Assembly: GCF_001194135.2 (NCBI RefSeq)
Contig: NC_068991.1
Location: 56,255,354-56,319,353, forward strand
Length of the DNA: 64,000 nucleotides
DNA from: Octopus bimaculoides
Taxonomy: Eukaryota
Direction of reading: 5' to 3'
Part shown: piece by piece, positions 36,928 to 50,900 of the stretch
How the letters are laid out: each line of letters starts with the position of its first letter
Position numbering within the stretch: the first letter of the stretch is position 1
The notes under the pieces: generated by a model
The model's input: only the letters and a program-made list of their open reading frames with translations
Told to the model about the DNA's origin: nothing
Database searches by the model: none
Position numbers and translations under genes: made by a program

Positions 36928-37708
36928 AGGAAAACAGTGTGAGTGAGTGTGCGTGTGTGTGAGAGAGTATCCCCACCACCTGTGATCAAAAAAGGTGTGT
37001 ATATATGTAACAGCTACATGTGTGCACTTTGTGAATATGCATTGGTCAATGGGGGGGGGGGGCATCAGTAAATGTATGTGAGGTGTGTGTGTATGTGTGA
37101 AGAGAGAATGGTGGACTGGTAGTGGAAAGAAATCAGTCACCTTATCCATGAGTCTCTTGCCACCCCACCCCACCCCTCAGTATCAGTGTTGTCAAGTTGA
37201 ATGAGAAATTTACTGTTACCACATGTTGTTGATAAACATTAAGAGATGATGGCCAGGGTGGTTGCAGTGGTAAGAAATGAGAGAGATATCTGGGGGAAAG
37301 GAAGAGTGGGAGAAGCAGGTGAAGATGGAGAGGAAAGCAAAAAGAAAGAAAAAGAAAAACAATGAGTAAGGGAGGAAAGGGAGGGAAACAGAGAAAGAGA
37401 AAAGGAGAAAGTGGTAGAAGATGAACTACTGACATTAAAACAAAAACAAAAAAAAAGTGGTTAAGAAGCTTGTTACCATGTGGTTTGGGGTTCAGTTCCA
37501 CTACAAAGCACCTCGGCCAAGTATCTTCTATGTTGACCAATAGTGGAAGCCTCTTGCGAATGTGTATGTCCGCCCCTCCACTACTTGACAACCAGTGTTG
37601 GTTTGCTTACGTCCCCATAACTTAGCAGTTTGGTAAAAGACACCGAATATAGCAGATTCATTACAATATCCTATCACATACTCTGACTACTTCAATTACC
37701 TCATTTAC

Positions 37709-37930
37709 TCATTTCTCTGCTAGAAGTATGCCAATATTTCCTACCCCATTGCTGTTGCCCTCCCAGAAGAATTCATACCTATGCCTTTTGCCAGTGAGAA
37801 ACCTGGTTGAAGTTCCTCTCCACTGAACTACTTGGATGCAACACACATCAACACATCTCCTTTCAAGCATCTTAACAATCTCACCAGACCTACTTATCAA
37901 TGTGCCTGCACTGACAGTGCCAACTCTGAG
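37709..37930 (-). mobile_element. RTE-clade LINE 5' fragment (APE endonuclease N-terminus)
   Basis: LRVGTVSAGTLISRSGEIVKMLERRCVDVCCIQVVQWRGTSTRFLTGKRHRYEFFWEGNSNGVGNIGILLAEK matches the EEP/APE motif (xNVxTL...DxxxxQE...GVG). Confidence 0.85.
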
Positions 37931-38189
37931 GGAATGTACAGGGAGGGATAACTGTGGCTATTGGCATCTGAAAAGAAGGTTGTAATGAGCAATTGCCAAC
38001 AAGCATGTCATAGCAGTTGTCCTTGTATTTAATCTGCCATCATTCATGCTACCCCTACTGAATGTGGATGCTGTACCATTTGTATTTGAATCACTATGCT
38101 GTGAAGCTGCATATTTTTGATACAGATTTATGTACTTGTGCCTATCAACATGAGACCACTGAATGGAAGAAATATGAAGGTGCATGGTC

Positions 38190-38330
38190 CTAACAAATGA
38201 TGAAGATGAGTATGTTCTCTACAGGAAATGGTAAAGATATCAAGAAAATACATGATGGTAGAGGCTTTGCTGCTGTGGTCTACGAGTTCGATGTCAATGA
38301 ATCTATGATTCATTCTATGTACAAACTGAG
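38190..38330 (+). pseudogene. Decayed Tigger/pogo transposase N-terminal HTH (psq/CENP-B type)
   Basis: With one frameshift it reads VCSLQEMVKI/IKKIHDGRGFAAVVYEFDVNESMIHSMYK. It is preceded by TGA AGA TGA, probably CpG-decayed RRR. Confidence 0.7.
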
Positions 38331-40163
38331 TGGAGAGTTTTTTAGGACCCAAATCCCTGTGATAAATGAAGATAGATGTACCAGACTGAGGCAGTGGACT
38401 GGTAGAATTGTTACAGCATTGAATGTAATGCCTTGTGGTATTGACCCTTGGATGCCTTTAAGCAATGTTCACTCTGGTGCAAGCATTTGAGCCTGCTATC
38501 TTGTCTTAAGATAAGTTCCTTTCTTCCCACAATTAGTATCAGAGTACTTCTGAAAAAATAAAGGATTCATAGGCCCTCTCCTGCCAAAGAGATAGAAAAA
38601 AAAAAACAATAATGATACTCTAGCACCTAATTACTAGTCAACTGTTGTTTCCTTCAGATTAAATTTATTAAACGACAGGAAATATCTCCATTTTAGCATC
38701 AAATATGTTTTAGTTAATCTCTGAATATTTCTCCCTCCTTCGTTTGATTTACAATATATTTACATCCATTTATAGTACTCTTTGCATAGAAATCCATTTT
38801 ACAGAGAAAATAAGATCATCATCATCACCATCAACATGGAAAAAGATATATTCTTCATCATTATCATCATCTAAAAGAATCTAAAGCATCTCCAAAGAAC
38901 TAAAATAGTCACAATGGGAAGCAATAATAGAAACTAAGGGAATTATTCTGATGTCTTAATAGGATTGGACCAATTTTTGTATTAAGATGTCAAGAAAACT
39001 GTATATAGGAAGGAATATGTTCAGATTGAAAGAAAAAAAAATCCAGAAAGAAGTGACATATTTAACCCTTTAGCAGTCAAGTTATTCTGTCAAATGTGAT
39101 GCTTATTTATTCACATTGTTTTGAAATAATAATGCATTAAACCATAGCTTTGAGATTTCAATGGTGTGGATTGTTTATTTTTAAAATGACACTGTAGGAT
39201 AGGTGCAAGAGGCCAGATCTGGCTGGCTTGAACATAAAACAGCTAGAATATTTGGACATGATATGGATGGAGAATGAGGTCTGAAAAACATTCATGCATT
39301 TCTTAGGGGTTTCTAAACAGTAAAAGTAAAGTGTGTAGGTTCCAACTGAGAACTGAATTCAAGAAAATCATGGGCCCAGCTTACTGCTCTACAGCTATCA
39401 ATAAATTGTTGATTAAACAAAAAAAAAAAAACTGGGTATCTAATTCAGTTAAATTTCATTCTGGTTCTAAGATACATGTCACAGATCCTCTGGGAAGCAT
39501 CAACACTGATGTTTCTGGGATCTTCCAGTTGACCCAGATTGGATTGATCAAGCTCCAGATTGCACCCCAGCAGCAGCAAATCACTCGTCTGCCCTCAATA
39601 TCCAAAGCCACTTTGTGGTCCTTTCTGCAGCATCAGTGATGCAATTTATGGTACTCCTATTTGCTGCACCAGTAACTTCAAGCCCAGTTAGAGCTTCCCA
39701 GAATGAATGGCTTGATAAAAACAGCAGTAGCCCAGTATGTTTGTTTGGAAAATACTGAAATGCTTATATAATTTTTCAACCACAGTCTCTAAATACTATG
39801 GTTAAAGTTCAAATTAAAATGTTTAAATTCACAACAAATTGAACAACGTTTTCACATGTGATTTATTAGCTTTAAACTATTTTTCAAAAAAGTGAGAAAT
39901 TATCATTAGCAAAATATTGATCATATATTTTTAAAATTTTTTTACAAGACTTCCAGGCCAAATCTCCACTGAGGAGGAGGAGGAAAAGGTATACAATCAA
40001 GTGAACTGACACCCCACCACCTCCACCACTTCACTTACAGCATATATAACTCCTTTATTTATTTATTTTAAACTCAGAGAGTAGAGTACCAAAAATAAAT
40101 ACGGTAAATCATTTATTTAGTATGATGTTTTACCATTCCTGTCACTATTGATTTCTTTCTCAG

Positions 40164-40184
40164 AGTCACATGTCTATGCAAAAG
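40164..40184 (+). CDS. Weak candidate 21-nt symmetric microexon (E-SHVYAK in phase 1)
   Basis: ATTGATTTCTTTCTCAG| acceptor and AAG|GTGATG donor (moderate). Confidence 0.25.
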
Positions 40185-41777
40185 GTGATGAGGAGATGTA
40201 AATGAAGGCAATTAACTCTACAGTCTGAACACCAATACGAACTGTATACAACCACCACCACCACCACCACTATATGAAATTGACCAGCAAAGATGACCAG
40301 GGGACTGTTACATACAACACAGAACTGCTGTTTACCAAACACCAATGTTAATAATTTAATGTGTCCAGTCTAACACCACTTCCTTTTATGGATGTTGTTA
40401 CATGGGAACAAGACCTGAAATCTTGTTTAAAATTCTTTTTGTTTCTTTTGCTTTCACAAGTGCCCTTAGTGAACAACTGAAGTTAAATAGCCAACAACTT
40501 GGGATCATTATCACCAGATTGCAGAGTTACCTCACGGGGAACCGCTTACAATCCTCATATCACTGCTGGCTATGTTATAATAATAATAATAATAATAATA
40601 ATATACAAGACAAAGAGCAGGATGCAATTACAATAGATGGAATTGGTTGAATATTTTGACAGCATGCCTGTCTTTGTTGAATTCAAAATGAAAAGTGAGA
40701 CAGAAATTCAAATTCTCATTTTGTGATTCATATTTGAATGATACAAAATCCATTGGCCCAGGATTGGGCTCAACACTGGGGCCTAGTGAAACTAACAGGG
40801 CTTACATCAGTCTTTAAAATATAATAATAATAATCTTTACTAAAGGCACAACGCTTGAAGGGACTAGTCGATTACATCGACCCCAGTGCTTCACTGGTAC
40901 TTAATTTATTGACTCTGAAAGGATGAAAGGCAAAGTCGACCTCAGCAGAATTAAAACTCAGAACTAATAATAATTTCTAACTTTGGTATAATGAAAATAT
41001 ATCTGGCAAACAACTAATTCAATTGACTCTAAACCTGAAAAACATGTCTGTTACAAGACCTTGAACCAAGGTTAACCCCATAGGATTTTAATTTATAGCA
41101 TGTATTATAAAAACATTAAATGATATTTGCCACAAAATCTAATAATAATAATAACAACAACATCAATGAATAAACGAAACAGTAAATAGGAGATTCCACA
41201 CAGTGCCTAACTAATACTATTTTGCATAAGACATTGTATAGTGCAAATAATAAGGCTGTTTTAATCTAGAGTTAAACCCTGCAACATTTAGTTATTTGAT
41301 ATATTAGAGTTAGAGGAATTACAACGATAATTATAATTTGACTTCACTGTACTGAGTGGGTCTGCACCAAATCATCAGAAATATACTTTATCTTTTACTT
41401 GTTACGATCATTGGATTGCAGCCATCCTGGGACATGACCACGAAAGGTTTTAGTGGAACAAATTAACCTTCAATACTTATTTTTAAGTCTAGTACTTATT
41501 CTATCAAATTCTTTTGATGAACCACTAAGTGACAGGGGACATAAACCAACACTGACTGTTGGATGGTGGTGGGGGGAAGAAGACATAACACAGACACATT
41601 TTATATATATATATATATATAGTTTCTCTCTATCAAATTCACCCACTAAGTATTGGTCAGCTTGGGCCACAGTAAAAGACACTTGCCCAAGGTGCTGTGC
41701 AGTAGGAAGGAACCTCATACCACATGTTTGTAGAATAAGTTCCTTAGCCACATGGCCATGTCTGCACCTATACATAG

Positions 41778-41842
<65 letters not shown>

Positions 41843-43619
41843 AGAGAGNNNNNNNNNNNNNNNNNNNNNNNNNNNNNNNNNNNNNNNNNNNNNNNNNNNN
41901 NNNNNNNNNNNNNNNNNNNNNNNNNNNNNNNNNNNNNNNNNNNNNNNNNNNNNNNNNNNNNNNNNNNNNNNNNNNNNNNNNNNNNNNNNNNNNNNNNNNN
42001 NNNNNNNNNNNNNNNNNNNNNNNNNNNNNNNNNNNNNNNNNNNNNNNNNNNNNNNNNNNNNNNNNNNNNNNNNNNNNNNNNNNNNNNNNNNNNNNNNNNN
42101 NNNNNNNNNNNNNNGTTGAGTAAAAATTTGAATGGCTTTTCTGAGTATGTGTGTGGTAAAATTGTAATCTCTATTTTTGTAAACAAGTTTTTGAAGAAAA
42201 AAAAAAAAAAAAAAAGGGTAGGGTAAGATATCTCCTTACATGTCAACCTGGACATCACAGAAATATCAATATAGCCACATTCATTTTGTGATCACAAACC
42301 AAAAGGCACACACACACACAAAACATATACACATATATATATATCTATCTACACACTATTTGTACACACACACACACGTAAAACATATACAGATACCTAT
42401 CTACACACTATTTGTATACACACACACACACACGTATCTCTGCTACAGTAAGAGGCCAATTGCTATACCTCCATTATTCTTTTAACCTCTCATCTATTGG
42501 CACAAAATCACTTTCCTCAACACTATTCCTCTTGATTGAGGGAACTTTCTCTTGTTTTGCAAGTTACTTGGTGGCTCCATCAGTGCTGGTGCCATGAAGA
42601 AAAGTATCTAGTATACTCTGTAAAGTGGTTGGTGTTAGGAAAAGCATCCAGCTATGGGAATCATGCCAAAACAGACAATAGAGCCCTCCAGCCTGCTAGT
42701 TTTTGTCAAACCATCCAACCTATCCCAGCATTGCAAACGGACATTACATGATGATGATATACAAGTATGCACATAAAAACATCAACATATAGTATACATA
42801 AATATATGCATACATACATGCTTATAAACACACACACACACACAGAACCTGAAAAGGAGAGTTGAGAGAGAAATAGTGATAAAAACATGCAGTACACATA
42901 TTTCTTTAATTGCACTCAACTGTCCATAAGAATTAGTTTACAAAATCAGAACAAAAAAAAAAAACAGGTCAATTAACAATCTAATGAAATCTTGCTACTC
43001 ATCCAATTACTTTTTTAAAATATAACAAAAAACAAAAAGCCCAGTATTAGCCTTATATAATAAACAAGTTATTGGACAAAGATGCAATAAATAAAAACTG
43101 ATAGCCTTGTGCAATATGAGGCATTTTAAAAGTTCCAAGTTAGAATAAATGGTAATGTGAAATTGTTATTAGGTGGAAGATGTATTAATACAAGAATATA
43201 TCTTTTATCTTTTAGTTTCAGTCATTGGACTGTGGCCATGCTAGGGCACCACCTTTAAAGTTTTTCTATCGAACAAATTAACCCCAGTACATATTTAAAA
43301 AAAAGTTTTGGTACTTATTCTATAGGTCTCTTTTGCCAAATTGAAGTTACAGGGATATAAATAAAATTGTGGAATGGAAGTCAAACACACACACACACAC
43401 AATTTCCAGTAATCAAATTCACCCACAATGCTTGAAGCTATAATAATAGACACTTGCCAAAGGTATGGCTCAGTGGTATTGAACCCAAAACCATGCCTAC
43501 AACTATTAAAACCTAATTGCAAGAAATTCAAAAAGCTGAAGCATAATCTAAGATTGAGAGTAGGTCTTAAAGTCGATCTATCAATGATGAAAGTTTTAGT
43601 TGGGAAGACAGGATTCTAC

Positions 43620-44520
43620 TAGCACCTGAGAAGTAGCCACACTGATATGTAGAAAGCCAATAAGTATACTACAGAATGTAGCTGATGTAAATAGTCAAAG
43701 GCAGGTTGACAGAAGGAATTCCTGTGTACTAATGGTAAGAGCTCTCATCCTCTACAAGCTCCAGTTCTTGTTGCAGTGTGGTAGCTTGCATGCCTCAATG
43801 ACCCTCTAAGCTTTGCCAGTAGGGTACAAGTTCCTGATAGGGCTTCATATAATGGACAGGTCAGAGGAAAGAGACCAGAGTGATATGGACTACTGCTTCC
43901 CAGAGCTAAGAATGAGTTTGCATAAGGCCAACATCCTTACCTAGATAAAAAGAAAGTTACAGAAGCATTGATGGTAATTCAAAACCAACAAGGCATGTGA
44001 GAGGAAGGCCTTCCCTCAGGGAAACACATGAAATTGCTGGAGGCAGGCATGATACTGAAGCAGAGTTGAAAAAGCAGGGACTGAACTGGAAACAACCAGA
44101 AAAAACAGCTCAGATTTGAGAACAATACTGAAAAGTCATCAATGGCCTATACTTGACAGGGAACAATGGGCTTGTTCAGAGAATATCCTAGAAATAGTTG
44201 ATAGCTTCTATTACCTAACAGGCTAAATTCCTGTGGAGGAAAGTATAGTAACTGGAGTACAGCAAAGAAATGGTAAATATTCAGGAATCTATCTTTGTGG
44301 GTAACAAAAAGTAAAGAACAGATTGTATGAGGCTTGTGAATGAAGTGTGTTGGTGCATGGCAGTCAAAATATGGGGCACTGAATATAAAAGATGTGGAAA
44401 AGGTGGAAAAAAAAAAGAGGGGAGCATGCTCTGCTAATGTCAGTGTAATGATAGTATGCATGAATGACAGAACACAATAGATCTGAGAGAAAACTTGGGC
44501 AAAGACCAATAAACCAGTGC
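43620..44520 (+). mobile_element. Internally deleted, decayed RTE LINE (5' UTR-like part plus RT C-terminus)
   Basis: 44150-44520 gives ILEIVDSFYYL...VKNRLYEAC..VLVHGS..WALNIKD...LREKLG-like remnants. 43900-44060 is homologous to 50600-50720. Confidence 0.7.
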
Positions 44521-46514
44521 ATTGAGGAAGACACGCTGGTGTATTTAAGTGTGCATTATAGTTATTATCATCATCATCATCTAACATCCATTTTCTATGC
44601 TGGAATGAGTTGAACAGTTTAGAAGGCTCTAGTAATCCACAGGGCTGAAGTGAGGTCCACTATCAGCTTTGGTATAGTTTCTATAGCTAAATACCCTTCC
44701 TGATACCAGTTATTCTTGCAATATAATATATCCAATTAAGAATGCATATGCATATATGATGATATGAGTTAGTAACCCCATAAGACTTGAGAGGCCAGAG
44801 GTTTCCTAAGGCAGGCCTATGGAGTACTCCTAGCTAATTAAAAAAAAACTACCTCTACCCTACAGGCTTGCTCAAACAGGAGTGTTATGGATATACAACA
44901 ACAACAACAACAACCATGGTTATATCCTTTGTTCTCCTCTCATCAGAAATATCACTGGGGTCCTTACACAGTTACTTTATTACTACTTTTTTTTTTTTTA
45001 AGCATTCATTGCACTGATTTAAAAATAATAAAAGATCACAACCTTGTGCAGTAATAGTAGTAGCAGTAACAGCAGCAGCAGTAGTAAATCTACTTTATGC
45101 TGTTTCATTTTTTAAAAAATTTTGTTATATTTTTTTAACTGTAATTTTTTTTTTTCGAAGTTACAACAACAAATCTTAAAATGTTTGATCCTTTAATCAT
45201 GAGACAAGGAAGGACACATCAAGTTTCTTTCGTTCTTTCTTTCCCAAAAAACACAGAACAAAAATATAAACAAGCAAATCAAAGCAACCAACAAAGAAAG
45301 AAAAAAATGTGATATGTTGTTGTTGTTGCAGGGCCAGGGTCTAAAACGTGAAGTGACAGGATGCATATTACATTAAAAAAAGACGAAACTAAATTACTTT
45401 TTTTGCTTTTTGTGTGTGTACGTGTGTATGTATCATTTTAGTCTTTTAAATTGTTCTTCGTACTTCCGTTGGTAGGGTTTTGAGAAATTCCGCCATACCA
45501 AGACTTGATTGAACATCAGGTGTGAAATTTCTTTTTAATTAAAAACAGAGATGGAGAGAGAGAGAGAGAGAGAGAGAAAGAGACTAACAATACAATAAAT
45601 GAGAAGGAAAACAAAAAGGGCCCAAGTCGGGGTGGGGTGGGGTGTGATGGTGGTGCAGTATAAAGAGAACGTGTATCAAGGACCAACACTATTGGCCCTC
45701 CTTTCTCTCTTCCACAAAAAAGGGGAAAAANNNNNNNNNNNNNNNNNNNNNNNNNNNNNNNNNNNNNNNNNNNNNNNNNNNNNNNNNNNNNNNNNNNNNN
45801 NNNNNNNNNNNNNNNNNNNNNNNNNNNNNNNNNNNNNNNNNNNNNNNNNNNNNNNNNNNNNNNNNNNNNNNNNNNNNNNNNNNNNNNNNNNNNNNNNNNN
45901 NNNNNNNNNNNNNNNNNNNNNNNNNNNNNNNNNNNNNNNNNNNNNNNNNNNNNNNNNNNNNNNNNNNNNNNNNNNNNNNNNNNNNNNNNNNNNNNNNNNN
46001 NNNNNNNNNNNNNNNNNNNNNNNNNNNNNNNNNNNNNNNNNNNNNNNNNNNNNNNNNNNNNNNNNNNNNNNNNNNNNNNNNNNNNNNNNNNNNNNNNNNN
46101 NNNNNNNNNNNNNNNNNNNNNNNNNNNNNNNNNNNNNNNNNNNNNNNNNNNNNNNNNNNNNNNNNNNNNNNNNNNNNNNNNNNNNNNNNNNNNNNNNNNN
46201 NNNNNNNNNNNNNNNNNNNNNNNNNNNNNNNNNNNNNNNNNNNNNNNNNNNNNNNNNNNNNNNNAAAGCAGAAGGTAATAGAGCCCTCCCTCTCTCCCTC
46301 CTTCTCACCCCCCTTGTAGTAGTAATAACTACTATTCATTCTATCAGCACCTACCACTCATGTTGCTCCCTTTCTCTCTCCCCTGCCCTGTTCCTCCTCC
46401 TCCTCCTCATTCAACAAAGACAATCAGATATACCCAGTTAGCCAGCCAAAAAAAAAAAGAAAAGGAAAAAAAAACACAAAACAACAATCCATTTCACACT
46501 TTTCAAATGATAAC

Positions 46515-46575
46515 ATGCCTACTCCCAAACACAACTACCTGCAAGTGGAAAAAGAAAGTCCACAACCCTGGCCAG
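46515..46575 (+). CDS. Candidate alternative start exon (MPTPKHNYLQVEKESPQPWP + phase-1 G)
   Basis: Strong donor CCAG|GTAAGA (GT at 46576). ATG has A at -3 and gives 20 codons + 1 nt, the same phase as the 7174 donor. The upstream leader is CT- and A-rich, with a possible acceptor at 46318-46319. Out-of-frame ATGs at 46360 and 46507 make the frame uncertain. Confidence 0.45.
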
Positions 46576-46661
46576 GTAAGAAATTAATGAAGTGAATCTA
46601 ACAAGTTTTAGGATTAACTGTTTTATTGAGGTATTTAGGCCAAAAGGAGAGAGATACATAG

Positions 46662-46694
<33 letters not shown>

Positions 46695-47017
46695 AAGAGA
46701 GGAAAATTAAAATATATCACAAATGAAAATGAAAGATTTGAAAAAGATGAAGGTACAAGGCTCATTATTATAAGGTCAAAAGGTAAATGATATTTAAAAT
46801 GAATAAGAAATAAGCCAATGTGAAAAATATTTAAAACTATACATATATTACAGGCACAGGCATTGCTGTGTGGTAAGAAGTTTTCTTCTCAACCATATGG
46901 TTCCAGGCCCAGTCCCATTATGTGACACTTTGAGCACGTGTCTTCTCCTATAGCCTTAAGCTGACCAAAGCCTTGTGAGTGGATTTGGAAGACAGAAACT
47001 GAAAAGAAGCCCATCAT

Positions 47018-47059
<42 letters not shown>

Positions 47060-47215
47060 AAGCATGGCTCATTAGTGCAAGCCTAACTGTGTAGTTAAGC
47101 AGCTAACTCTGAGATCACATGGTCTCATGTTCAACTCCACTGCATGCTATTATAACTCTGCGCTGACCAATGCCTTGTAAGAGAATTTGATAGACAGGAT
47201 CTGTGGGAAGCCCAT

Positions 47216-47247
<32 letters not shown>

Positions 47248-50200
47248 TGTATGTATGTATGTACATATATGCCTGTGTTTGTAACCTCACTACCACTACT
47301 TGACCACCTCTGTTGGTTTGTTTAAGCCCCAGTAACATAGTGGCTGAGGAAAAAAGACCAACAGAATAAGTATCAGACATTAAAAATAAACAATGGGGTT
47401 GATTTGTTTGACTAAATCCTTCATGGTGGTGCCCCAGCATGACCCCTGTCCAATGACTGAAATAAGTAAAAGGTAAAAAAAATAACTAGTGTATTGGTTT
47501 TGGTACAACTAAGTGATTTGTGAAACTTCTACAGTTATGATTTTAAAGTGATGCATAAAATCCCAGGATTCAGGACTTAAAACATTATCATTTCCATTTT
47601 AAAGCATAGTAAATTTATTGAGCAGGCCAAGTGAATAACACACAGAAACTTCCTCACTGGCTCATCAGAAAGATAAGCTGTAGAGTTAACTGATCTGTCA
47701 GCTGAGAGAAGATCAACATGTAAAACAAACAATAGACACATACACACACACACATTTGCTAATAGCTGACATATCTAAGTAGCAAAATATGACTGGATAG
47801 ATCTTAAATGAAGAGAGAGGGATCAGATTAAAAACTTACTGGTATGTCACTTAGAAAAACAACAATGATTTTCTATCTTAAATACAAGAACATAATGTCA
47901 AATTTTTATTTTATTCATAAACATTTTCTGTAATGGGTTGGCAATTAGAGCAGATAAAAGCAAGAATTAACATTGGGGCAACATTAAAAACTTAAACTAT
48001 TAAGCTGGGATAAAGTTTATAACTCTTCTTAGCCATTTAAGAGCTCTAGCTCAGCAAAAGAGAACCCCCCCATCCTCTCCCAAAAAACCCATTCTACTAA
48101 GCACTAAAGTACTAATATATCAAAGTAAGTTCCATAATTTTGTATTAAAAGACAACCTTATAGCTTCTTGGAGAACTGAGGGATTTACTGACATATAAAT
48201 GGGAGAGGATGTGGAGGAAGCAGACAAGTTGGTAATAATTTCAACATCAATAAGTATGGCAAGACTTATAAAAGAGTGAGTAGAAGATTAAGTTCTTGAC
48301 ACACTGAGTTCACAGTTTTAATTCAGTCATAGCTTCATTTCACTTTCATTCCTGTTGCCTATGGAAATATAGCACAGACGTCATATAAACTCTCGCAAAT
48401 CTACTGTAAATCTTAGGATTTATATTTAGCAGAAAACAATGAGAAGAACCTCTTGTAGTGTAGCTTTCTCCAAGACAGTTGTACACAAGCTGTGTCTACA
48501 AAGGGATATCATATTTAGTAGAATAACAAGTAGAAAACAACAGGAAAGTACACATGGTGCCTTTGCAATTGGTCTATAAAAAGTTAGTGAGTTATAAAAA
48601 AAAAAACTCTCTTCCAACAGGCTGCTTCCCCATGGGCCACAAAACCAACAAAACTTGTACCTTTCCAGAAAAATATCAACTTTATTATGAAGGACACATG
48701 ATTTTTTTCTCATCCAAGAACAACATTCACTATTTGTGTACAGGCTGACAAACACACCAAATGACAAAGAATGAGGGGGGGGGGAGTTACTCTCATATGT
48801 AAAGTTTTTAAAAAATGGCTCAGTGCCTCAATATGCAAACATGTACACACACACATACACAAAGAAAACAAAAGCACTTAAGAAGTATCTTCCTTATGCA
48901 ATTTCATTCAAGATGAACTAAATTCAATCACAGGATTAGGGTGAGGTGAGGTGGAGCATGTTGGGGCACCACTCCAGAATGTAGTTGAATATATCAACCC
49001 CAATATCTGGAGGCTAATATTTAATTTACTGCCCCCAGAAGGATGAAAAGTGAACTAAGCTTGGGCAAGATTTGAACTCAAATTATAAAGGGACATAAAC
49101 AGGACAAGGTAATTTGATACTCTACAGATATGTTGATCAAACACCACCCATAAAAAGCTGGTACTGTTTCCTATTCTAATAACTTTCACCACAAACATCA
49201 TAACATTTAGCCATTAGCTTTTACTAAAACCAGGTAGCTTTTAGCCGAGTCTGTACTGGTTTGGTATAGTCTGCGAGGAAAGTTTATCATTTTAGCTACT
49301 GTCAGGTTATGCTGACAAAATAAGTTAAGGAATAAAATCAATGTTGTATAGCAGAAGTAAGAGTTATATCTAGTCTATACTGTCACGATAATCTTGATAG
49401 TCAATAGTTTTAAGCTACAATAGACTAATCGGCATAACAGATTCACTGGATATACAAAGATAAAACAATTTAATTAATACACATTCAGTCTGTAGGTTTC
49501 CTAAAGGCTATCACTTGTCTAGTGTTTTATACATGTATGTATGTATGGTTGTGTGTTTATCCTTATACATACACAGATGGAGCAAAAGTTACCCCAATAC
49601 TACCACCACCACCACCTAATCTCCTGTTTGTTTATTTTAGTGGTTTGCTTCAACAAGTCTGAGTTTCTTTTTGCAATTGAAATACTATAAAATATCAGAC
49701 ATATCAAAATACTCTGCTACAAACTAGAAAAAAAAAGCCATTCTGTTTTTCTTTTTTTTTTTCTCTCTCTCTCATGAAATTAATTAGGCTCAATTTATTC
49801 TGATTCCATCACCAATGTTACAGATATCACACAAGGGTTTTACATATCAAACGCAAAAACAATTCTTCACATATTTTAAATTTTGGAATTGAGGAACACA
49901 CACACACACACAAAACAGACTGCAATTTTTTTTAACTCGTACACAAACTCCATCACATTGCATTTGCAACATTTCCAAGTATTTTGTACTTCCTTGATAT
50001 CCAGTAACAAAACAGTGAAATTGTTTTTACTTTAAATTATTCTGATTAAATTCTTTCCACACAAGGCCTGAAATTTTGGGGGATGGGGCTAGTTGATTAC
50101 ATCGACTCTAGTGTTTGGCTGGTGATTATTTTATCAACCCCAAATGGATGTAAAGCAAAGTTGACTAAAAAATTAAAATAATGAAATTACTTCAGTTATA

Positions 50201-50399
50201 GGAGATTATCCATGGAAATGAAATATAAATTGAAGGAAAATGGACAACACAAAATGCGACTTGGAGGCAAATTCAATCCATTGCTCTCTTTCTAACATCT
50301 CACTTAGCCCTTGGTATGTTAAAGTGTTCTGCACCAGGCTTCTGATCTGAGGACCCCACTTTCCCAGTGAGAGCATAGTAAAAGAGACAAGTGTTTCAT

Positions 50400-50900
50400 T
50401 GGTCAGCATTTCTTAGGGGTATATGAGCAATAAGCACCAAAAGTCCAGTCCTTGTTACAGTACAATGGCTTGTGTGCCTCAGTGACTCTCGGAAATATGC
50501 CAGGAGAATGCAAGTGCCTAGCAAGGCTTCCTGCTCTGGACAGGTCTAAGGAAAGATGCCAAACGAAAATGGACCACTTCCTCATAGGGATAAAAAAAAA
50601 AAAGAATGGTGTAGTGCCAACATCCCTACCTAGAAAAAAGCAAAGTTACTAAAGCATTGATGACAATTCAAAACCAACAAGACCTAGGGGGAGGCCTTCC
50701 TTCAGGGAAACATGATACTGCAGCAAAATCCTAAAGGAAAGAGTAAAGATCCAAGTGGAAAGAAGTAGAAAAGAGGGCCAGAGTTGAAATCAGTGGAGAA
50801 AAGTTAGGGCTTATGTAAGTAAGAGTAAGCAATAAAAAATCCCTTTAGATATATTCAAAAGATCCTGAAGTAGGATGAACAGATCTATGATCAATGCCCT
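50400..50900 (+). mobile_element. Decayed RTE-related fragment
   Basis: Shares ccaacatcc.tacctag...aagttac...gcattgatg..aattcaaaaccaacaag...ggccttcc.tcagggaaaca with 43900-44050, and has an RTE-like 3' end (RSMINALTS). Confidence 0.5.

Larger units (their letters stand above)
1749..46264. other. Assembly gaps (N runs)
   Basis: N runs at 1749-2432, 8072-8491, 11041-11106, 12065-12834, 14863-14872, 29951-30050, 32189-32818, 33346-33400, 33646-33974, 34388-34397, 41849-42114 and 45731-46264. Most abut microsatellites. Confidence 0.97.

Noticed and set aside
40078-40103. AG..GT pair of 26 nt (similar pairs near 13070, 29500, 45330 and 49295)
   Set aside because: Frame-shifting lengths or weak donors. 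Kept as evidence of the background rate of chance microexon-like signals.
21140-42430. Degenerate tandem repeats (about 21140-21290, 35220-35410, 42340-42435; also 8594-8640)
   Set aside because: Minisatellite-like with no unique spacers; not CRISPR-like.
1607-46441. Long ORFs in the track spanning X runs or HT/CV/RE/YI repeats
   Set aside because: Artefacts of N gaps and dinucleotide microsatellites.
47626-47668. CTGATGA followed by an 8-bp stem on the minus strand
   Set aside because: No GAAA or cleavage triplet follows; at most a truncated remnant.
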